A stretch of DNA of 57,980 nucleotides, the filler included, from Dirinaria sp. TL-2023a (Eukaryota): the NCBI GenBank assembly GCA_051941275.1. It is 5 parts of 5 records of this genome, joined end to end, with 100 filler letters (N's around TTAATTAATTAA, not from the genome) between each part and the next. Parts side by side here need not be neighbours in the genome. Positions count along the whole stretch, not along the records: positions 11,630 to 23,153 come from JAVEBF010000838.1; 4 more parts are not named here. The stretch is one strand, 5' to 3'. This document shows positions 11,630 to 21,361 of this stretch, piece after piece (within the stretch, counting starts at the first letter, position 1; each line of letters opens with the position of its first letter). A model generated the notes under the pieces. It searched no databases and was not told where the DNA came from. It saw nothing but the letters and a program-made list of their open reading frames with translations. The position numbers and the translations under genes are program-made.

Positions 11630-14059
11630 GCCCATTCAGGCAACGCAAAAGGCTGGCTTCGAAGCACAAGGGTCATCAGAGGATGTATGCGTACAGAATG
11701 ATCGTGGTCGTTTGCATTCCCCAAAGATTTGCGGAAGAACCCTTTCTCCTCACATAATTGAAAAGCCTGCTCCAGAGAGCGCAAAGTGGAGAATTTGATC
11801 GCTGGAAATTCCCGGCCTTTGGCAGCAACGTCAAATTCTCCCTCGGAGAACATTTCAAGCAATGCTTTAATCCAAGAATTTGGTAGGTTGAAAAATTTGC
11901 TGTCAAATGTGACTCGTGCTTGAGCAAGCTGAAAGAATATACGATAGTAGGCCAGGTTGGAAGGGAATAATCTCCAGAAAGGCGCGAGGAGTCTGAAGTC
12001 ATCATCATGGATAGCTGAAGCTGCAGCTCTAGAAGCCCCTACATGCAATCGGACGAGATAACGTGCATCGATCAAGCTCCGATGACCGTCTTCTTCACAA
12101 TTGTTCTCGCCGTATCCGCTCAGAACTGATCCATTAGTTAACTTGTGATAAAGCAGCTTAAATGAGTTGCAGGATGTCTTATACACTCTCATCAATAGTG
12201 AGATCGCCAATGCATTTCCATCCACAAGACTCATACACTGCTCAAGAAACCTCAAATCAAGCTTGTCACCAGTGCGAATGTCACATGACATCCTTGTCGC
12301 TTCCTGGGCAGCGAACTGTAAGCTCGCTTTCATGTCAAGATTGTTGAGAATGTAAGTGTCTTTGGCGACGGTCTGAACCCATCGCTCCTCGGATCGTGAA
12401 AGCAAAAGCACGATACTATATTTGATACCACGTAGAAAGCGGCGTAAAGCGCGTTGCGATGAGGAAGACTCCCGGCCTATCTGTATAGCTTCTAGGCTGT
12501 CTATGACGATGAGGTATTTGTGCTTATTGAGATGTTTCACAGCATCATTGGAACCTTGCGTCGAGGTCATACCAAGCGCAGCATCTATCTTCTCTCGAAT
12601 GTGGTGGACTTCCAGCCCGCCTGGCACTGCGCAATCGATTTGAACAAAGTCTTCGACGTATCCGAGAGCTTTCCACCACCAGCAGAGATGCCGAGCCAGA
12701 AAAGTCTTACCTGCCCCGGCAGAAGCTCTGATGAGGAGTGTGTTCGAGATAGCTGTTTTGCGTTCCAAGGCTAAGATATTACCCTCTCGTCCGCATATCT
12801 TCACTGGCTCTTCGCAGACAAACTCCGAGGTGGAGCCTTCATCGTCCAAGCGTAGATCGCCGATATCTATGTCTGTGCTTACAGCCACAATAGGTGTAAT
12901 ATAGTCCATCACTTGCACCTCTGAATTGAACTTGGTCCGTCGATTTGGCTGTTTTTGCAGCGCAAGTCGGCTAATGTGAGCTGCACTAATAAATCTCGCA
13001 CCATTTTTAATGTACGAGTAGTAGAAATTTCTTGCAAATACGTCGACCGCTGAGTCAAGAATTTGATATCTCATTCCAATAGCCAGAAGTAATCCTTGCT
13101 GGATCATTGTCCGTGCAGCACTTGATGATAACCCCTCTTCCGAGCCAGATTGACAAGCATTCATAACGGCATAGCGCACCCCACGTTTCGCCAGGAGCTT
13201 GGCCACATCCATTACTGGAATATCGTCCTCCCCTGTTAGATCGTCATTGGCGGGAATAAACCTCAGAAAAGCTCTATATGATGACTCAGTCTACGGCGAC
13301 GATCCTTTTGAGAGGGCAAGAACCTATGGTAACTCACTGTCCATCGCGCACAAGGCCATGCACATCTAAATGTACAACATCGAAATGGCCGAACTCGTGT
13401 TTGTCGAGGCTGCTCGATAGAGCTTTGAATGTTCCGGGATGAACAGTTTGAAGGGATGATGGGCATTGACCCGGCACGCTGTGCTCCTGGACAATGCCCA
13501 AGATCGAGCGCGTCACGAGTCTATGGGGTATATCATTCGCTTGACCCGGTCTAGCCGTGATTGCAAGGATGTTGTGCTGAGAAAAACCCCCTTCTACGCT
13601 AAAGTTAGTGCTTAGCGTGTCCTGCTCGATAGTTGGCTTCGTCCTTCGAACGACGGAAACAATGCTCGGCCGTCGTTCCTCTGGCCAGAGCTCGACATTT
13701 TCCAGAACTTCCCAATGAATTCGGGCCATCCGAGGTGTGAATCCGCCTTCATACTCGATTAAGATCAGCAAGCTTGAATCCTTGAGACCTTGAAGCGTAG
13801 CATCTGAATAAGATATCTCCAAAGCAAGTGAAATGCCATGAGATCTTAATGAGCGTTGGACACGCTGCGCTCTGGCGAAGGAGAATGGGTCTCGCGTGGC
13901 ATAGTCCTCGAGGTACCATCTGATCTCCTCCCATACATTGTCCGCAGGGTCTGGCATTGCTGGAAGAAAGATGTGGAACGCTGCATTCAAGACCGAGGTG
14001 GTCATAGAAGCTTCAAGCGAAACTTGCCCAACAATTTCACGAATGCTGAGACGTGCCAT
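11630..14059 (-). CDS. CHAT (caspase-like) protease domain + STAND/NB-ARC-like NTPase, NLR-like protein; 3' end lost in assembly gap
   Basis: Exon 1 (14059-13338) has RWYLEDYATRDPF, IHWEVLE, ILAITARP and FDVVHLDVHG (catalytic His). A 64-nt GTGAGT...TAG intron (13274-13337) splices in frame to exon 2. Exon 2 has AVMNACQSG (catalytic Cys), AIGMRYQI, GREGNI, Walker A ASAGAGKT, Walker B YLIVIDSLE, LLLSR and a GxP-like DGNALAI. Confidence 0.85.
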
Positions 14060-14829
14060 GATGCGGGATACGACTATTCGTCGATCTCAACCGTTGTCTG
14101 AGCGTTCGTCAACCCGAATTCTTACTCTGGTTGTTACCGGGAACATCGGTACAGCCATTCGACGAATGCACTCTACTCCGCACGTGTAATCTGTTGAGCT
14201 GATTGTCCTGAAGGGTCGTCCAGTTTCCTAGGTTACTACTTTGCTCATTGCAACTTTTGCTATTGACGATAGGCCCATACATATTCTTGAATATTTACCA
14301 TTCAGGTAGAGAGTTTTGTCAATATAGAGTCTATGCTGAAATCGGTTAGAAAGCCGTCGCCACCCGGCTCTCCCGAGGGTCCCCGAGAAGAACCGCGGGT
14401 ATGCGAATGAAACGGTTGATCTAGCTCGAGAGAACTAACCGAGGTAACTCCGTACACTTGGCTAGCAGGCTCGGCGATTTCTCGGCTGCATATCTCTTAC
14501 GAACGCTTGGCGTCATTCTTCGAACAACCATCACATCACCTCTACTCCGTATTATGAATCATTACTGAAGCTTCGAAGATGAACGTCAGTTGTCACCAAT
14601 CTGTGAGACTTGCTAAAAGTTTATGCTTATAACTCTCCACAAGGATCGATTTGAGCAATCGGACTGAATAAATCGCGAGGTAACGATGACGAATGTTTGC
14701 ATTTTCGTTCATCGCGCTAAAGGCGGGGGCGATGGGAGAGACGCGCAACGGCCGAGTTGTCTTCCAGAATTGGCCAGGGGAACGAGGAGATTGTCCATGG
14801 TCACATTATTGCCTTAGTCGAAAGAGACC

Positions 14830-15696
14830 ATGACGGATTCAGAACGGACTTTTTACCTCCTAGAGCCCTTCAAAACCATTCCTGTCGGTGAAGATCTCCA
14901 GGAATGGCTTGGTCGCATCGTTCCAGACTACCGACATCCGTCAGCCAACTTCAGGCCCGCGAAATCCAACACTGCCATGCGCAAGAAAGATATCCTCGAC
15001 GATCCTGGGTGGAAGGATGTGGAGGAGGTCATCAGTCGCGCCAAGACAAGCACATTAAAATTGGCCATGGCCAGCATGTTGCGTGCAAGTCACGAGAACG
15101 AACAGAGCCACGCCCCTACCTTCAGCGCTCCCAGAGTTCATCGAATCCAATTGATGCAGGAAGATGACTATCTCCAGCGCGTTCTGGGTCTGGACGAGGT
15201 GGGAAGCAAATTGAGGGATTGGCATCATCGCGATCGGCCGGTGTACATGATCGTCACCCTCCTCATCGCCGATGCAGTGAGGTACGCGGAAGAAGACAGA
15301 GATAAGAGGACTACAGAGCTGGAAGTGAAAGCACCTGCTGAGCTCGCACCTCTGGCGGCGGCATCGGGTCTACCCATTCCCGGTCCTGACAGCGTCAACG
15401 CGGCCGCATCCCTCTCCACGGAGCGACGGGTAGAAGCAAAGCTTACGGGCGTCGGCAAGAGGATCTTCGCGATCGAATACAGACCCCTGACGAAGCGTTT
15501 TTTCAGCTTTTCCGGCAAAGTGGATCTGCGCCCTGGAGGCGTCCGGGGAGACCGGATGTTCGGGCACGTCGAAGCCTCGATGACGACGCCCGAGCCGGAA
15601 GAGCAGCAGTCGGATATCATCGCTGACTATGATCCCTTACCGGATGTTGTGGACGAAGCCGAAGCTGATGAGTATTGCTTCACTTTCGACGATTGA
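14830..15696 (+). CDS. Gasdermin-like (RCD-1/HET-Q1-like) pore-forming protein, putative
   Basis: Intronless 288-aa ORF whose motif order resembles fungal gasdermins: N-terminal FYL...LGRIVPDYRHP, central PVYMIVTLLIA, late RIFAIEY. Ends in a ~45-aa acidic tail. Divergently adjacent to a CHAT protease gene. Confidence 0.72.
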   Translation: MTDSERTFYLLEPFKTIPVGEDLQEWLGRIVPDYRHPSANFRPAKSNTAMRKKDILDDPGWKDVEEVISRAKTSTLKLAMASMLRASHENEQSHAPTFSAPRVHRIQLMQEDDYLQRVLGLDEVGSKLRDWHHRDRPVYMIVTLLIADAVRYAEEDRDKRTTELEVKAPAELAPLAAASGLPIPGPDSVNAAASLSTERRVEAKLTGVGKRIFAIEYRPLTKRFFSFSGKVDLRPGGVRGDRMFGHVEASMTTPEPEEQQSDIIADYDPLPDVVDEAEADEYCFTFDD

Positions 15697-16408
15697 TCGA
15701 TCAGACGCTCGAGTGCAGGCACGTGATGCTCTTGGAGATACTGAGCCTATCACCTTTGCAAGGCCTAAAAAAAGTCGAATGTTGGTTGGAGTACTTAAAG
15801 GGTGCAGAAAATTTGTTGATATGACGACCTGGACAGTGGGAATGCGAAGACGACGTGGCCTTTTAATTGCACAAAATAATGCCGCGAATGGATGATGGTA
15901 TGATACCCTGGTTTGGCTACTTACCTTGCCATTCCTACTTTAACCGTTTCGGGAAAGCTCTCGCACAGCGTTTAGCGAGATAGGTAAATGTGTTGATCGA
16001 GGCTTCATAATACGGCTTTTGGTTCTAATAAAAGATCCTGGTGCACTTGGTGGGTGTTATCATACATTCAAGTACCTTGTGTACATTGTGCTAAGTTATG
16101 CTTGTGGAGCGGACTCTTGTGTGTTTGGGTTAGAGCAGAGTGATGGCCATGATTCCATGAGAGAACCTTGAAGGGGTGGAAAAAAAAGAGAGAAAATAAA
16201 AGAAAAGCAGGGTGTGCCTAGGCATGCTGAGTATCTTTATAATTGATTATAGGTAAGCATGCCCATGTTCTCGACTGTCAGACATACCCTCGTGAAGCAA
16301 TGCGATCTTCCCATATGTGATAAAATCTACACTAATGACGCAGCCACAAGCCAAGCAAGAGCTGTGAGCTTAATGTCACTAAAATACCTTGGAGCAGTTG
16401 GGAGGGGT

Positions 16409-18214
16409 TCAAAGCTTCGCGCTCATCTCCTTCTTCGCCCACTCTCTCAGCACCCGTTTCAAGATCTTCCCACTCGCGTTCCTTGGGATCGCATCTACAA
16501 ATCGGACGCCTCCCTCCAAGTGCTTGATCTTCGTCAATTTTCCCGCCAGATACCGCTTCACTTCTTCTTCCATCAAATGATCGCCCTCCCTCCCAGCTCT
16601 CTTGACTACATAAGCCCGAGGCAGCTGACCGCCATCCTCTCTCGCTTGACCATCCGGGATGCCAATCACAGCCGCATCCACGATCTGAGGGTGGCCGAGT
16701 AAGACAGCTTCGAGCTCTGGCGGCGCGACTTGGAATGCCCGCACTTTGATCAGCTCTTTTTTGCGGTCGACAATATACCACAGCTTCGTCTGCCCGTCAC
16801 AGTAGGCGATGTCCCCGGTGTGGTAGAAGCCGTCGGAGTCGAAGGCTTGATCGGCGGCAGGGTTGTTATAGTAGCCTGATACAATTATAGGTCCTCGGAC
16901 ACACAACTCGCCCTGGGTGTCGTAGGCTGTGATGTCGTTGCCGTCCCCGTCGACGAGTCTGCAGAGAAGGTCAATGTTGAAGGAGGTTTGGAAGACTTGA
17001 GAAGTTGACTTACTTAGTGTCCATGTTCGGCAGTGGCCGTCCAACACTGCCAGTGAAATCGCGCTGGGGCCAAGGAATATTCATGGCGACGCAGGTGGTT
17101 TCGGTCATGCCTGCTCCTTTTTAGCGATTTGCCTCTGTCGACTAGATTGTAAACTCCTCACCCCAGACTTGAGTGCAAGGGGCACCATCAGCTAATAAAT
17201 CCTGCAACCTCTTCTGCGGTCCTTTGCCCAGAGGCGCCGCACCGCAGGAGGCCTGTCTCACACTTTTCAGGCTATAATTCTCCGTCAAGTCCGACATGAC
17301 GATTGCGAGTATCATTGGAGGAACGGTGCCCATGTCCGTGATCTGATACTTTTCGATGTTGGCAAGGTAACCTTCGAGTTCGAATCTGCGCATTACGTAT
17401 GAAAGCTGGCCGTCCTTGAGACTCGTCGTATGAGCGACGGGGAACACAGCAGCGTGGAACATGGGTAAGCAATTCAGTCGTTTGATTCGATACTCTTTTG
17501 CGCGAACATCAGGATCATAGATCAAGTGGTGCTCGGCTACGAGGTTGTAGTGGCTCGTCATGGTCGCTTTAGGCAAACCCGTAGTGCCGCTGCTGAATAG
17601 CCTCACCGCTTCCGTGGCTTTGGCAGTCTGCAAGTCATCGAAACGCACCCAGTCCTCCTCGCCACAGTCGAGCAGTGTTTCGTAAGTACTGAACCCTTCA
17701 GGGATTGCTTGCCCTTGAACATCAAATATTAGGATCCTCGAATTCGGTATATTGCATTCCTTGGCCGCTTCCAAAATCGGCTGCAGCATTTCGGGTTCAG
17801 TAATCAGGTACTTGACGTCTGCAGTCTTGATATGGTGGACCAGCTCGTAAGGCGTGTAGCTCGGGTTGGTCGCTGCAAAGATACCTCCTGCACCGACCAC
17901 GCCGAGAAAGAGGACGGAATACATGATGTCGTTGAAGGAGTGCAGACAGACCACATTCTTCTTCCCAGCACGCACACCCCATTTTCTGAAGCCGGCGACG
18001 AGTTTTCTGACGATATTTTTCGCCTGGTTGTTGCTGATGGAGCGTTCCGGCCTCGCTGTGTCAATGATTATCTGAATAATCGATTGAGCGGATGCGAAAA
18101 CAGTCACGCCATGACACTTACTGGTTCATCTCTATCGTATGGAACATTGTCAAAGGTCCATGATAGGATGTCCTTGGTCGGGATTGGGATATGCTGCTCG
18201 GCCAAGAACACCAT
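16409..18214 (-). CDS. Peroxisomal 4-coumarate/phenylacetate-CoA ligase-like AMP-binding enzyme (4 exons)
   Basis: FSSGTTGLPK, LPMFHA, CGAAPL, QVWGMTET, GELCVRGP, FYHTGD, IVDRKKELIK and IPRNASGKILKR. C-terminal AKL is a PTS1 signal. ATG at 18214 (MVFLAE). Confidence 0.93.
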
Positions 18215-20505
18215 GACTACGAGTCGTGGTGGGAATTGGAAAGAACAAGGTCGGGTATTCACTGAGCGTAATTGAATAGCGGGAAAACTTTAACATTGCC
18301 TATGGCAAAACTAGGTACTTAATCCCCCTTGGGGGTTTTTATTCGAGAGCAGCAGCTTTCGGAGTTCATGAGATGGGCATTTCCGTCTGATATTGGGGTA
18401 CCTACCTAGCCCGTTCGTCATTGGATGATTGCCGACATGACCCCGCTACAAGGTCAGTAGTACGGGAATGACGTCTGAAGGTCAGGTACTCCGTAACGGT
18501 AACGGAATTAAGGTACTTCTACATCACATCTGTTACAGAAAAGCCAGCAATCGATTCGAAGCAGTGAATAGGAGCTGTATTGACAGCCTATCATTGTTTT
18601 GGCGAGCCTCATTGAGGTTTGCATCATCGAACAGCAAGCCAGCAGCAAGTGACGTACTGTAAGATCCGCCCTTACCTACCTTAACGCCGAAGACCTGTGG
18701 TGTCTTATCAGTGGTTGCCTCGGCTCACGTATGCACCTTTTGGGTTCAGGGGAATGCGCCTTGCAAAGGTTCTGTACTCCTATACTGTGAACCAGCTTGT
18801 AGTGTTTGTGCGCTTCGAAAGGGATGAGTTGTCCTCATGCTCTACAGCGCATCAATATTGTCGCCAGTAAAACAAGGTTCACGTAAAATGAGAGCCGAGC
18901 TGACTTGGGCTGACGTGCAGGAAACCTTCCACGGCGCCGGCCAGAGCACTAACGGGGCTGCGGGACAGGTCCCGTCCGAGGTGCCGAGGGTGTAGGTTCG
19001 GCCGGCCCCGAGCCTCGAACCCTGAGCCATGGCTCGTGCCCTAGCCAAGCAATCTCTACTAGGCTCGAGGCGCGCTACTCTAATCTCAACGACGTCGCAT
19101 CGTATGCCATATGATGATCACGCTTTCTCATAAATCTTTGAATGACTGAATCCACTTGTGAAGATCTCAATTCAGGATTGATTATGACTGATGGTTGCAC
19201 AGCTTTTAAAGCATATGTCGCCAGTCCTTGGCCCTCGCCAAGGAAAGTGCAGTCGACATTGTGGGATGCATTACAAGGCCAGCCAGTATGACAGCTGCTC
19301 GATCATTCTTTTACAGCCCCACTTACTTCTGTGCCAATGATAATAATAGGGAGAGTGTACATTCGAAGTAGTATCAGCATGGCTTTCACTCATTAGGGAG
19401 TTCTGCTTTATCGATATAGCAAGCGTATTGCGCTCCCTAGCAAGAATAGGTGATTGTGTCTTCTAGCCTGCCTATCAGTAGCTTGGACTTACTTTCTTTG
19501 ATCATTTGGATACTTTTTATTGTGGTATTAATCAACTTTAATGATTATGTTTATTTGACCATGGCTCGTGAATGATGGGCCAACCCGTCGAGATCCCAGT
19601 CATACGTTTCTGTCATGAGTCATCTATATGCGTGGACAAGCACCTTGTCAGAGCATGGGGAAATCATCCATGGCCTGAAAAGTGTCAGATCCTGCTGCAA
19701 ATAGAAAAGAGTTGCAAACCTGTTGTAGACAGCGAAGGCTGAATATCTTGGGCCCACCAAAAGTCGCAGCAGTGAATTATTCATTGAGAAAAGTGAATTC
19801 GATACAGGGCAAATTATCAGATATCAGAGCCACCAATATCCAATACACCTCAGAAGGACTTGTCTTGACTGGCTGAGGCAATGTATCGACAATGTCACAG
19901 CGAAGGCGCCACCATCAAGGATCGATTGCTACTGTGCTATCATTACGGGATATTCGCGATCATCACACCCGTGATAGACACTCCGGCTGTTGCCTAAGAT
20001 TACTCTTCTCTCACTATGAAACTCGCTCGCTAAGGTGTTGATCGTGCGGTAAGCTGGATCCTGATTGGAAGCAGATCACAAAGGCTTTGTCTGTGTCCCC
20101 TTATCACCATCAAAGTGAGTTGTTGCCATTGTGTTGTTATTTCCACCGGACAAAAGCGGGTCCCAACTAAGCGAAGATCAAAACAAAGGGCTTTGTCTGT
20201 TCTCTGCCGCCCATCAACATCGGCTGACACTATTGTGTGTTGACAAACCAAGAAAAGTGGGTCCAGGCGCGAAGAACAATGGCAAAGTGATCACATTGCC
20301 TCTGCTAAGCGAGATTGCCCTTTTCCCGCCACCCACAAAGGCTTTCCCTCCTCTCACTTTCTCTTCCTTCTCCTGCACCTTCTGCTTCCTCCCCATCTTC
20401 AGCTTTTTGAATCGTGCTTCGTACCCAAAGAACGCTCGATTTCGCTGGCTGCTACAGAAAACACTGCTTGTGTTCGTCAGAAGCTTTGCTTTTGAAAAGC
20501 TTCAT

Positions 20506-21200
20506 TTCAACCCCGCTCCACCTGTGCTTCAAAGGTCTCGCTTTTGAGGCGCGTCAACTCACCACCGCTCTGCGTGTGACTTAAAGGACTTTCTTTCGGA
20601 GAGACAACCTACCTCTGCTCAGTGCGTTTCTCCCAAAGCTTGCTTTTGGTGAGAGTCAACTACCTCCGCTCTGCGCGTTCCCCAGAAGGTCTCCTTCGGA
20701 GAGCGTCAACTTACCATTGCTCCGCGTGTCCCAACAAAGATTTGCTTCGGAGAGAGTCAACTTACCCTTGCTCCGTGTGGACCTAAGAGCCTTGCTTTCG
20801 GAGAGAGTCAACCTACCTCTGCTTCGCGCGTTCGACCAAGGCTTTCTCTCGAAGAGAGTCAACTTACCTCTGCTCTGCGCGTTCGACCAAGGCTTTCTTT
20901 AGGAGAGTCAACTTACCTCGCTCTGCGTGTTGGACCAAGGACTTTCTTTCGGAGAGTCAACCTACCTCAGCTCTGCGTGTACCACAAAGAACTTGCTTTC
21001 GAAAAGCGTCGACAATCTATCTCCGCTCCGTGTGTTTCACCAAAAGCAAGCTTTTGGTGAGAGTCAACTATCTCTGCTCTGCGTGGTGTTCACAAGGTCT
21101 CCTTCGAAGAGCGTCAACTTACCATTGCTCGGCGTGTTTCACTAAGGCTTTCTTTTGAAAAGTCAACCTATCGCTGCTCCGCGTCGATTTCCTCCGGCTT
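20506..21200. repeat. Degenerate tandem repeat array, 13-14 units of ~49-55 bp
   Basis: GTCAAC-like anchors at 20553, 20603, 20655, 20705, 20756, 20807, 20858, 20907, 20956, 21008, 21063, 21113 and 21162, plus a weak one at 20506. Approximate consensus GTCAACTTACCTCTGCTCTGCGTGTT..CCAAGGCTTTCTTTCGGAGAGA. Confidence 0.95.
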
Positions 21201-21361
21201 CTCTCTTAGGCACCACCGACATTTGGTTTCGACCTTAGAGCTAGACGACTTATCATATTGCTCTCGCCGTCAGAGGAAGACCATCTCGTGTTCATAAAGC
21301 CTCGGCATATTCCTAGTCCTCTTTCAAGCATCACGACTCCCGGAACTCTGCTTCGTGGAAA

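Noticed and set aside
20705..20920. ACTTACCT in repeat units as a U1 snRNA mimic or minus-strand splice donors
   Set aside because: Only some units match. Similar TACTTACCT/TACCTAC words are common in other intergenic parts of the window, and there is no snRNA structure or matching acceptor.
20656..21145. Short ORFs within the repeat array (RVNLPLL repeats and similar)
   Set aside because: They are by-products of three or four consecutive 51-bp units. Other unit lengths break the frame.
20506..21200. Repeat array as a CRISPR or guide-RNA array
   Set aside because: The context is eukaryotic, there is no cas or nuclease gene nearby, and the variable parts are homologous to each other rather than unique spacers.
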